Shown here piece by piece: positions 1 to 7,083 of a stretch of DNA of 33,512 nucleotides. A model generated the notes under the pieces. It was not told the DNA's origin. It ran no database searches and saw only the letters and a list, made by a program, of their open reading frames with translations. Numbering within the stretch: position 1 is the stretch's first letter; each line of letters opens with the position of its first letter. Location of the stretch: assembly GCA_014729135.1 (NCBI GenBank), contig WJKK01000001.1:695407-728918 (forward strand), written 5' to 3'. The DNA comes from a candidate division WWE3 bacterium (GTDB taxonomy: Bacteria > Patescibacteriota > WWE3 > UBA101185 > UBA10185). The translations under genes and the position numbers were made by a program.

Positions 1-545
1 CTAATGAAAATAAACAGATTGAGTGTAAGAAGGTTTTTTAGGTTAGACTGTTGGTGGAATTTTTCCATGTAATAAAAGGATAAAGTCATAAAAAAGAGGA
101 AATAGATTTCAGTCATGAACCCTAAAGAAGAGTAGATATACAAAGGGTTAAGAAAAAGGAGTAGAGAAATTAGAAGGGTAGGAAGTGGTTGAATATTTTT
201 TAACAGGAGTGTCTTTGCAAAAAAGTAAAACGTTAGAACTGAAAGGGTAAGGGTTAAAATTGGAAGCCGGCCTGTTCCAAAGAGGGCAGCAAAGACCATA
301 CCTAAAATACCCTGGGTATAAAAAGTGGTACTTATGTAAGGATGAAGGTTGAAGTTGCCTTGTAGGAATTGCTGTACTAAAAGGTAACGTGTGTGTTCGT
401 CGTTTTGTATGAAGTTTATGGAGAGGGTGAGTGGGAGGAGGAGAAGAAAAAGGAGTAAGGCGGTTATTTCAAGGTAGTACTTGTTTAAAAAGGACTTGAG
501 TTTGGCATTTTTTAGGCTAGATAATGATTTCGAAGCAAATAGCAT
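1..545 (-). CDS. Polytopic membrane protein, N-terminal part only (gene runs off the left edge); possibly GT-C (ArnT/PMT-like) glycosyltransferase
   Basis: Absent from the supplied ORF track. Hand translation of the minus strand from ATG at 545-543 gives 181 sense codons with no stop down to position 3 (MLFASKSLSSLKNAKLKSFLNKYYLEITALLLFLLLLPLTLSINFIQNDEHTRYLLVQQFLQGNF...). It has repeated hydrophobic spans. The acidic NDEHTRY loop after the first TM weakly resembles GT-C enzymes. Confidence 0.5.
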   Translation of the reverse strand, partial: MLFASKSLSSLKNAKLKSFLNKYYLEITALLLFLLLLPLTLSINFIQNDEHTRYLLVQQFLQGNFNLHPYISTTFYTQGILGMVFAALFGTGRLPILTLTLSVLTFYFFAKTLLLKNIQPLPTLLISLLLFLNPLYIYSSLGFMTEIYFLFFMTLSFYYMEKFHQQSNLKNLLTLNLFIFI

Positions 546-553
546 TACTTGGA

Positions 554-724
554 TTATCTACGAGAAAGGCAGTTTCTGCAAAAGCGAGCAGTAGCTTTGC
601 GAGCTTTAAAGCGCTTCCCACAACGACTGCACTTTCTAATGAAACGACCCCCATTTCTTTTTTTTACGTCCAAACATACTCCTATGTTAACACGAATAGA
701 AGTACCTAAAATCCGCCTATGCAT
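554..724 (-). CDS. Small zinc-ribbon protein, hypothetical
   Basis: C-terminal KCSRCGKRFKARKATARFCRNC is a CxxC-x12-CxxC knuckle pair. Its stop lies 8 nt before the ATG of the membrane-protein gene at 545. The track ORF starts at 793 and overlaps the divergent gene at 782, so the internal Met (MHRRILG, 724) is preferred. Weak call. Confidence 0.3.
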   Translation of the reverse strand: MHRRILGTSIRVNIGVCLDVKKRNGGRFIRKCSRCGKRFKARKATARFCRNCLSRR

Positions 725-781
725 AGATTCGCCGAATATTTGCGTAGGTTTACAAAAAGTGCTATAAATAATACATAAGAC

Positions 782-1507
782 ATGCGTAAACAAAGATTAA
801 GCATTGGAAAAGCTGCAGATTATCTAAATGTTTCCATAGATACGCTTAGAAGATGGGACAAAAAAGGAAAACTACCCGCTAACAGAACTAAAGGGGGTCA
901 TAGATTTTATTACAAGCACAATCTTGAACTTTACAAAAAAAACATATTTGCCCTCGCTAAGGAGTGGCTACTGAACAAACCCGCAGAACCCTCTCAAAAA
1001 TTTTATTGCCCTACAAGTCTAGAATTTAAACAAAAACTTTCACTATTAGAAAAAAATTTAAAAAGAAGAAAAAAGTTCGCAAAAGATTATCCATTAATTG
1101 TCGCAATAGCGGGGGAAATAGGAAACAACTCCTATGACCATAATCTAGGAAATTGGCCCGACATAAGCGGATCCTTTTTTGCTAATAACATAAATAAAAA
1201 ACAAATTGCCCTTGCCGACAGGGGGCAGGGGATTTTAAGGACATTAGGGAGAGTGAAGGAAAATATCCAAAGTGACAAAGAGGCTTTATACATTGCTTTT
1301 ACAAAGGTAATCTCAGGAAGAGCCCCTGAAACAAGAGGGAACGGCCTAAAATTTGTCCGCAATGTAATTCTACAAAGTGAAATAAAATTATCTCTAGAGT
1401 TTTACAGTGGAAAGGGAAGAGCAGTATTCATGAGTGGAAACGAGAAAGGGATGTTTAGTACAATAGACACGTATTATCCTGGATGTTTAGCATTATTAAA
1501 ATTTTAA
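782..1507 (+). CDS. MerR/excisionase-type HTH fused to a GHKL (HATPase_c-like, SpoIIAB/RsbW-like) ATP-binding domain
   Basis: N-terminus LSIGKAADYLNVSIDTLRRWDKKGKL...GGHRFY is an HTH_17/MerR-type motif. The C-terminal half carries an N-box-like EIGNNSYDHN, a G1-like ADRGQGI and a G2-like RGNGLKFV. Confidence 0.6.
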   Translation: MRKQRLSIGKAADYLNVSIDTLRRWDKKGKLPANRTKGGHRFYYKHNLELYKKNIFALAKEWLLNKPAEPSQKFYCPTSLEFKQKLSLLEKNLKRRKKFAKDYPLIVAIAGEIGNNSYDHNLGNWPDISGSFFANNINKKQIALADRGQGILRTLGRVKENIQSDKEALYIAFTKVISGRAPETRGNGLKFVRNVILQSEIKLSLEFYSGKGRAVFMSGNEKGMFSTIDTYYPGCLALLKF

Positions 1508-1516
1508 ACTAAAAAC

Positions 1517-1801
1517 ATGGAATTAAAGTTAAAAAAATTCGGACACATTTTAATATCACGACAAGATGGCAGAGAAGCTGTTGCCGCAATTAAACCTGTG
1601 CTAAAAGACTTGCCGGAAAACGAAAAAATTATATTAGACTTCGAGGGCGTTAGTACTTTTACACCCTCCTGGGGAGATGAGTTTCTTACTTACATGCTAG
1701 AAAAATATGGCGATAGAATAAAAATGGAAAATACTGAAAATCCTTCTGTGCAGGCGACACTTGAAATATTGAACTCTATAAAAGAGGATAAGGTCGTTTA
1801 G
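1517..1801 (+). CDS. STAS-like small protein (DUF4325-like)
   Basis: 94 aa starting 9 nt after the preceding gene. The pattern ISRQDGREAV...KIILDFEGVSTFTPSWGDEFL matches my recollection of the STAS-like DUF4325 family. Needs HMM confirmation. Confidence 0.55.
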   Translation: MELKLKKFGHILISRQDGREAVAAIKPVLKDLPENEKIILDFEGVSTFTPSWGDEFLTYMLEKYGDRIKMENTENPSVQATLEILNSIKEDKVV

Positions 1802-1918
1802 TAATCCAATAAACCCCAACGCAATTTAGAATTTGCAGACAAAAATCAAAAATGCTAAACTTAAATTAATGCGTCTCAAAAACCTGCTATAACGTGCACT
1901 TAATGAAGACGTTTAAAT

Positions 1919-2806
1919 ATGCCTAGAAAAATCTACAAAAAGAAAAAGCCTCAAACCTTTTTCACAAAAAACGGCAAAGAACTTAAAAGCTACAAAGACT
2001 TTAACTCAGTCTTCTCGCTACAGGAGGCTACAGAGGAGTTAGCCGAAGCACTCCCCAAGGAAGAGATTAAAAACTTTGACGCTAAGGCACAATTCCAAGA
2101 AGTCACTGCTAAAGTAAAAGCAGCAACCAAACAGGTAGGTAACCAAGCACAGGAACTCCTGGAAAGAGCAAAAACTGCAGATAAAGTTAAAATATCCATG
2201 GTCTCCTTAGGAATTAATGCGGCACTGCTAATAATTGTCGGCTTTCTGGTAGTAAATAACAGACCCTCCACAAGATACACCCCTAAATACTCAATCTTTT
2301 CATCCAAACCGCTCACCTCCAGAGGAGCTTCAGCAAATCTATTTGGGGGCGATACTAGAGCAGCAACGCTTGATAAAATTTTCGGCCTTTACAACTGCCC
2401 TCTAGAAGGACATGGAGAAACTTTTATTGAAGCTGCGGACAAAAACGACATACCTTATTGGCTGGTGGCGTCCATTGCCTTTCAGGAATCCAGCTGTGGA
2501 AAAAATACACCTAAATTAAAGGCACCGGGACAAGAAGATGTCACCGATCCTAACGAGCTGGAATTTATTGAAAGCTACAATGCTTGGGGATGGGGCGTGT
2601 GGGGCAAAAACCTGCGTACCTTTGAAAGTTGGGATGAAGGAATTAATCGAGTCTCGGAATACTTAGGCGATACCTTCTTTTCTAAAGGTATAACAAACAC
2701 CTGCGAGATTATGAAAATTTACACTCCACCTTCTGACGGCTCTTGGTGCAAGGGAGTTAATTATTTTGGAAATATGATCCAGAATTATTCATCTCCTGAA
2801 GATTGA
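1919..2806 (+). CDS. Membrane-anchored protein with a C-terminal putative peptidoglycan-hydrolase-like domain (paralog of 3035..3595)
   Basis: K-rich N-terminus, one TM (ISMVSLGINAALLIIVGFLVV), then YWLVASIAFQESSCGKNTP...YNAWGWGVWGKN...YTPPSDGSW. This domain is shared with the next gene. The ES motif is reminiscent of lytic transglycosylase catalytic Glu-Ser. Confidence 0.6.
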   Translation: MPRKIYKKKKPQTFFTKNGKELKSYKDFNSVFSLQEATEELAEALPKEEIKNFDAKAQFQEVTAKVKAATKQVGNQAQELLERAKTADKVKISMVSLGINAALLIIVGFLVVNNRPSTRYTPKYSIFSSKPLTSRGASANLFGGDTRAATLDKIFGLYNCPLEGHGETFIEAADKNDIPYWLVASIAFQESSCGKNTPKLKAPGQEDVTDPNELEFIESYNAWGWGVWGKNLRTFESWDEGINRVSEYLGDTFFSKGITNTCEIMKIYTPPSDGSWCKGVNYFGNMIQNYSSPED

Positions 2807-2904
2807 GCTTCGATTTAGTCTTAGCAAGATTCCACAAACCCACAAATCTTCTCTTTATTTTGCCCTTTATATAGCAACCTATAACTTGAGAAAGCGGTAA
2901 GTAA

Positions 2905-2913
2905 TGGTATAAT
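2905..2913 (+). promoter_or_regulatory. Extended -10 promoter (TGgTATAAT) followed by an approximately 115-nt structured leader
   Basis: tggtataat at 2905-2913. The leader contains an 8-bp stem aaatcccc (2958-2965) / ggggattt (3003-3010) followed by T residues. Confidence 0.4.
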
Positions 2914-3034
2914 AATCAGGTGTGTAAAAAAGGGCACAAACCCTTAGTACAGCACACAAATCCCCTTGTTTAAAGCATTTAAAGCCTATCTGGCTGTTTT
3001 GCGGGGATTTTTACCTAAAACTTAAGAAATTACT

Positions 3035-3595
3035 ATGACTAAAGTAAAAAGTGCCCACAACCTAATTGTGGGACTCTTCCTTTTAGCTTTTATCCTTTCA
3101 CTACAGGTTTCTAAGCCTAGTGAGGCTAAAAGCACTATAGCTAAAGGAAAAGAGGAAAAAAGAATAGAAAAAACACATGAAATTACCTTTACTACAGTAA
3201 ATAGGGTAGAGGTACTGAAGAAATTCCTGGAAAAGTATAACTCCCCTCTAGCAGAGGAGGCTGAAACTTTTGTAAGAGTTGCAGATGAAAAAAACCTGGA
3301 TTACAGGTTGCTACCTGCTATTTCTTGTATGGAATCTACATGTGGTAAGTTCACCCCTCAGGGAAGCTATAACGCTTGGGGATGGGGTATTTATGGCACT
3401 AATATGATTACTTTTAATTCTTGGGAAGAGGCTATAGAAACTGTAGGGGAGGGTATTGCTAAAAACTATGCAGCTAATGGTCTAAATACTCCCGAGGAGA
3501 TGGCTCCTGTTTATACACCTCCCAACTCTGTGAACTGGAGTAACGGTGTGCGCTTTTTTATGAATCAGATGGATGAAATTGCCTTAGATAGTTAA
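3035..3595 (+). CDS. Secreted putative peptidoglycan-hydrolase-like protein (paralog of the C-terminal domain of 1919..2806)
   Basis: Signal peptide-like N-terminus (LIVGLFLLAFILSLQVSKPSEA). Carries YRLLPAISCMESTCGKFTP...YNAWGWGIYGTN...YTPPNSVNW, colinear with the upstream paralog. Confidence 0.6.
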   Translation: MTKVKSAHNLIVGLFLLAFILSLQVSKPSEAKSTIAKGKEEKRIEKTHEITFTTVNRVEVLKKFLEKYNSPLAEEAETFVRVADEKNLDYRLLPAISCMESTCGKFTPQGSYNAWGWGIYGTNMITFNSWEEAIETVGEGIAKNYAANGLNTPEEMAPVYTPPNSVNWSNGVRFFMNQMDEIALDS

Positions 3596-3644
3596 CTCTT
3601 TTCCTTTTTCAACAAAATAATTTCACAGCGATAGGTCTAATCTG

Positions 3645-3653
3645 TGTTAAAAT
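3645..3653 (+). promoter_or_regulatory. Extended -10 promoter (TGtTAAAAT) upstream of the structured leader and tRNA-Leu
   Basis: tgttaaaat at 3645-3653. No coding ORF lies between it and the tRNA. Confidence 0.4.
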
Positions 3654-3659
3654 CGTTGC

Positions 3660-3793
3660 GTGTGTGAAGTAAGGGCGCTATCGCGACACCTGACGGGAGT
3701 TTAGAGTTCGCAAAAGTCCTTCGGACGTTTTGCGGCAGTTCGAAATGCTACGCATTTCGATCAGCTTAAAAACTCGCCGGAGGCGAGTGTTTT
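3660..3793 (+). ncRNA. Candidate structured small RNA or long 5' leader of tRNA-Leu (three consecutive hairpins)
   Basis: Hairpin 1: 3709-3734 (cgcaaaagtcc..ggacgttttgcg, 11 bp). Hairpin 2: 3740-3760 (tcgaaatgc tac gcatttcga, 9 bp perfect). Hairpin 3: 3772-3788 (actcgcc gga ggcgagt), followed by gtgtttt. Confidence 0.35.
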
Positions 3794-3795
3794 AA

Positions 3796-3880
3796 GGGCG
3801 AGTGGCGGAATTGGCATACGCGCACGGCTTAGAACCGTGTTCCGCAAGGAGTGTGGGTTCGAGTCCCACCTCGCCCACCA
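3796..3880 (+). tRNA. tRNA-Leu (anticodon TAG), class II with long variable arm, CCA encoded
   Basis: Acceptor GGGCGAG/CTCGCCC. Anticodon arm CACGG-CTTAGAA-CCGTG. Variable arm TCC-GCAA-GGA. T arm GTGGG-TTCGAGT-CCCAC. Discriminator A plus CCA. Confidence 0.9.
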
Positions 3881-3890
3881 AAATACGCTT

Positions 3891-4499
3891 ATGTCTGTGA
3901 AGTTTATTAGACATTATAAATACTTAGAGAAACCCTTTGATGACTGGACAGAAATTACTCTTGAGCAATACAACGACCTAGCGTCAGGAAAAATTGACCC
4001 AACAATTCGTAAGGACTTTAATATCTACTTAGCTAAAAATTATACTAAGAGTAGCTTTGACCACTATGATCTATTTCTCACTAGCAACTTGCGTAGGTGT
4101 ATTGACACCGGCAATGGGATAAAAGAAACCTTTCAATTGAAGGTTCCCATAATTGAATCGAAATACCTTGAAGAAGTGTTCTGGTCACCCAAAAGTATGA
4201 TTAATAAAAAAGCTTTTATTATGTCACAGAAATCCGGAAAATTAGATTTATATGATCAACGCTTATCACAATTTATGAGTGGAAGAGCTCCCAAAGATAT
4301 TTCGGATACCTTCAAACAACTTCGATCGTTAGAAAATCTGTTGTCGGAAAGGCGGAAAACAAACATCCTCTGTATAACGCATAGCTTCCTACTTAAAATG
4401 ATAAGTTTATACTTCATAGATCATATAAAGGATGAGAGCCACGTCACTCTGGAAATGCTTAAAGGTCTTAGAACACGCGAAATAGAAGTGAGTATTTGA
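3891..4499 (+). CDS. Histidine phosphatase (PGAM-like) superfamily protein, divergent
   Basis: The track ORF starts at 3837 inside the tRNA, so the start was moved to ATG 3891 (MSVKFIRHYKY). It has an RH motif near the N-terminus, TSNLRRCIDTG, IESKYLEEV and CITHSFLLKMI, in the order expected for this family. Confidence 0.5.
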   Translation: MSVKFIRHYKYLEKPFDDWTEITLEQYNDLASGKIDPTIRKDFNIYLAKNYTKSSFDHYDLFLTSNLRRCIDTGNGIKETFQLKVPIIESKYLEEVFWSPKSMINKKAFIMSQKSGKLDLYDQRLSQFMSGRAPKDISDTFKQLRSLENLLSERRKTNILCITHSFLLKMISLYFIDHIKDESHVTLEMLKGLRTREIEVSI

Positions 4500-4579
4500 T
4501 ATAGAAGGCTACAGCATCTCTAATAGGGCCCCACCCACAGAAGTTATAGAACAAAGCAGAATCTGCGTGTGTATAACGC

Positions 4580-4608
4580 TTGTATAACATTGCAAAAACA
4601 ATTATAAT
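4580..4608 (+). promoter_or_regulatory. Sigma70-like promoter (TTGTAT-17 nt-TATAAT) giving a leaderless vapB-like mRNA
   Basis: -35 at 4580-4585 and -10 at 4603-4608. The ATG at 4615 is only 6 nt after the -10 and there is no SD. Confidence 0.5.
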
Positions 4609-4614
4609 AAAACC

Positions 4615-4911
4615 ATGAAGAAAAGAAAAAAGACCGCTTCCGTTAGGGAAGTACAACATAATCTGGCAAAGTATCTAGATATAGCTCAAAACTCCCCCAT
4701 CACAATAACAAAGTACGGAAAGGAGGCTGCCCTTTTAGTCAATCCTCAAAAATACGAAATTAGACAAAAAAGAGGAAAAAGAAACATAAACATCGAGGCT
4801 ATTATGAACTCGGAATTTATTGGAATGTATGAAAATAGAGAAGACTGGCAAGACAAAACTACCCCAGAGATAGCGGAAAAACTAAGGAGGGATGCTTGGT
4901 ATGGAAAATAG
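4615..4911 (+). CDS. Type II antitoxin, Phd/YefM-like
   Basis: ASVREVQHNLAKYLDIAQNSPITITKYGKEAALLVNPQKYE matches the Phd/YefM N-terminal pattern. It overlaps the downstream PIN gene by 20 nt. Confidence 0.7.
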   Translation: MKKRKKTASVREVQHNLAKYLDIAQNSPITITKYGKEAALLVNPQKYEIRQKRGKRNINIEAIMNSEFIGMYENREDWQDKTTPEIAEKLRRDAWYGK

Positions 4912-5275
4912 AATACTAGCAGATACTAGTGTACTAATAGCTCTGCAAAGAAGGGATCCGCAGGCAGTAAGCTTCTTTAGAAAACATATCTACAAAATAG
5001 ATATCTCGAGAATATCGGCTTGTGAATTTATCTACGGATCCAGAAACAAAGGAGAGAAAAACATCAATAAAGATTTCCTAGAGTGGATGTACATTATAGA
5101 AATTGATGAAAATATATCCGAACGAGCCTTCGAAATAATTGATGAATATGGCCTTAAAGTTAAAATGGGTGTATCGGACGCCTTAATTGCAGCCACAGCG
5201 CTAGAAGAAAATATGAAACTTTGGACACTTAATCAAAAGCATTTCAAAGAAATTAAAAATGTAGAGTTAATTTAA
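4892..5275 (+). CDS. vapC: PIN-domain toxin, VapC-like
   Basis: ILADTSVLIAL supplies the N-terminal acidic residue, and further conserved acidic positions follow (...EIDE..., ...GVSDALIAATA...). Size is 127 aa and it is coupled to the antitoxin gene. Confidence 0.75.
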   Translation: MLGMENRILADTSVLIALQRRDPQAVSFFRKHIYKIDISRISACEFIYGSRNKGEKNINKDFLEWMYIIEIDENISERAFEIIDEYGLKVKMGVSDALIAATALEENMKLWTLNQKHFKEIKNVELI

Positions 5276-5296
5276 GCAACACCCTCCAAAAAAGCA

Positions 5297-5305
5297 TGCT
5301 ATAAT
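5297..5305 (+). promoter_or_regulatory. Extended -10 promoter (TGcTATAAT), 9 nt before the tig ATG
   Basis: tgctataat at 5297-5305. The ATG is at 5315 and there is no SD. Confidence 0.45.
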
Positions 5306-5314
5306 CCCACCGTT

Positions 5315-6304
5315 ATGAAAGCAAAAGTAAAAAAACTACCAAAATCAACACTTCAATTAGAAATATCTGTTCCGGCTGAAGACGTCAAAAAAGCTTACGA
5401 CACTGTTCTGGAAAAAGTAGCTAAATCTGCAGACATCAAAGGCTTTAGAAAAGGAAAAGCTCCCAAAGACATGGTCGAGAAAAACCTTGATCCCTCTAAA
5501 CTACGGGGAGAAGTTGTTAATCACCTCCTGGAAAAATACTACATCCAGGCGCTAAAAGAGAACAAAATTAATCCTATCTCAAACCCCAAAGTGGAAATTC
5601 AAAAATTTGACATGGAAGAAGATTTTGAATTTACAGCTACTGTGGCGACTCGCCCGGAAGTTAAACTAGGCGACTATAAAAAAGCGCTTAAAAAGAAACT
5701 GGAAGAACGCCATAATGAAGTGAAAAAGCAAAAGGAGCAAGCACTAAAAGAAGGCAAGAAGATGCCGGAAATTCATGACCATCTGCACACACAAGAAATT
5801 ATCCGGACTATAACGGAAACGGCAGAAGTAGAAGTTCCTGATTTGCTTGTAGAAGATGAAATTGATCGTATGCGCGCACGTCTAGTGGATCAAATGCAAA
5901 ATATAGACATGGGCCTAGATGATTATCTTAAGGCTAAAAATCAAACTGCCGAGCAATTAAATGCGGAGTTTACAGAGCAAGCGGTGCAGAATTTAAAAGC
6001 GGAGTTTGTTTTGGCGCAGGCCATTACTGAAACAGATATTGAGGTTACGGATGAAGAGATAGAGGAAATGGCTAAGGCCTCAGGGGATCCTGAAGCAATT
6101 GAAAACCTTAAAGATCCGGCTAACAAGTGGTATATAAAAAATATTTTGGAAAAAAATAAGTTCTTAACGGATTTGATGGAGGAGTTGGAGGGGTCTTCGG
6201 AGGAGAAAGGCGAAAAGGAAGAGGGCGCGAAAGGAAAAAAGTCAGAAAACAAAGAGACTAAAAAGAAAAAAGAAGATAAAGTTAACAAAAAGGAGGAAAA
6301 ATAA
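5315..6304 (+). CDS. tig: Trigger factor, short form apparently lacking the FKBP/PPIase domain, with a K/E-rich tail
   Basis: The N-domain carries the ribosome-binding signature GFRKGKAP. The C-terminal arm domain is recognisable (VPDLLVEDEIDRM...). The protein is only 329 aa including an approximately 45-aa KE-rich tail. Confidence 0.85.
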   Translation: MKAKVKKLPKSTLQLEISVPAEDVKKAYDTVLEKVAKSADIKGFRKGKAPKDMVEKNLDPSKLRGEVVNHLLEKYYIQALKENKINPISNPKVEIQKFDMEEDFEFTATVATRPEVKLGDYKKALKKKLEERHNEVKKQKEQALKEGKKMPEIHDHLHTQEIIRTITETAEVEVPDLLVEDEIDRMRARLVDQMQNIDMGLDDYLKAKNQTAEQLNAEFTEQAVQNLKAEFVLAQAITETDIEVTDEEIEEMAKASGDPEAIENLKDPANKWYIKNILEKNKFLTDLMEELEGSSEEKGEKEEGAKGKKSENKETKKKKEDKVNKKEEK

Positions 6305-6900
6305 TGAACCAAAACTCACTAGTACCAATAGTTGTAGAAAAAAACGCCCAAGGAAATGAGCGTTCCTACGACATTTACTCCCGATTATTAAAAGACTTCA
6401 TAGTTTTTGTCACCGGACCCATCGAAATGGGCATGGCAAACACTTTTATTGCCCAAATGCTCTACTTAGAAAGCGAAGATCCTGAAAGACAAATTAACGT
6501 TTACATCAACTCTCCCGGAGGCGTCGCCTATGCGGGAAGAGCTATGTACGACACCATTCGCCATGTTAAAAACCCTGTAAGCACCATTAACGTAGGCCTT
6601 GCAGCTTCAGCAGGCGCCATGCTTTTGGCAGGAGGCAACGAAGGACTCCGTTATGGATTGCCGGGTAGTTTTACAATGATTCATCAGGTTTTAGGTGGAG
6701 TTGAAGGGCAGGCAACGGATGTGGAAATTGAGGCTCGTCATATGTTAAATTTGCGAAAACAGTATGCTCAGATTATTGCGGATAGAACAGGGCAAGATTT
6801 GAAGAAGGTTCAGGATGATATTGAGCGCAATAATTGGATGGATGCGGAGGAGTCTCTGAATTACGGTATAATCGATAAGATTATGGAACCTAAGGATTAG
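6304..6900 (+). CDS. clpP: ATP-dependent Clp protease proteolytic subunit with Asn in place of the catalytic Asp
   Basis: YDIYSRLLKD and YINSPGG are present. The Ser is in GLAASAG and the His in MIHQ. The Asp position (RDNF in S. aureus and B. subtilis ClpP) reads RNNW. The start overlaps the tig stop (ATAATG). Confidence 0.9.
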   Translation: MNQNSLVPIVVEKNAQGNERSYDIYSRLLKDFIVFVTGPIEMGMANTFIAQMLYLESEDPERQINVYINSPGGVAYAGRAMYDTIRHVKNPVSTINVGLAASAGAMLLAGGNEGLRYGLPGSFTMIHQVLGGVEGQATDVEIEARHMLNLRKQYAQIIADRTGQDLKKVQDDIERNNWMDAEESLNYGIIDKIMEPKD

Positions 6901-6976
6901 GGCTCTTAGCTCAGCTGGTTAGAGCGCATCAGTGACATTGATGAGGTCACAGGTTCGAGTCCTGTAGAGCCCACCA
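6900..6976 (+). tRNA. tRNA-Val (anticodon GAC), CCA encoded
   Basis: Acceptor GGGCTCT/AGAGCCC. D arm GCTC-AGCTGGTTA-GAGC. Anticodon arm CATCA-GTGACAT-TGATG. T arm ACAGG-TTCGAGT-CCTGT. The first base is the last base of the clpP stop codon. Confidence 0.9.
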
Positions 6977-7068
6977 TTCAATCGTTTCAAATTGCAAGTT
7001 AAGGCAAACTAAAAGAACAGGCAACAATTACTAACATGTTAGAATATATGCCTAGAAATATTCTAATA

Positions 7069-7077
7069 TGATAGAAT
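7069..7077 (+). promoter_or_regulatory. Extended -10 promoter (TGaTAGAAT), 6 nt before the ATG
   Basis: tgatagaat at 7069-7077 and ATG at 7084. This implies a leaderless transcript. Confidence 0.45.
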
Positions 7078-7083
7078 ATATTC

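Noticed and set aside
524-767. Plus-strand ORFs 524..709 and 549..767
   Set aside because: They overlap each other and the minus-strand zinc-ribbon ORF, have no motifs, and sit in a divergent promoter region.
3837-3890. ORF-track start of the 220-aa ORF at 3837
   Set aside because: The first 18 codons are the 3' half of tRNA-Leu. The start was moved to ATG 3891.
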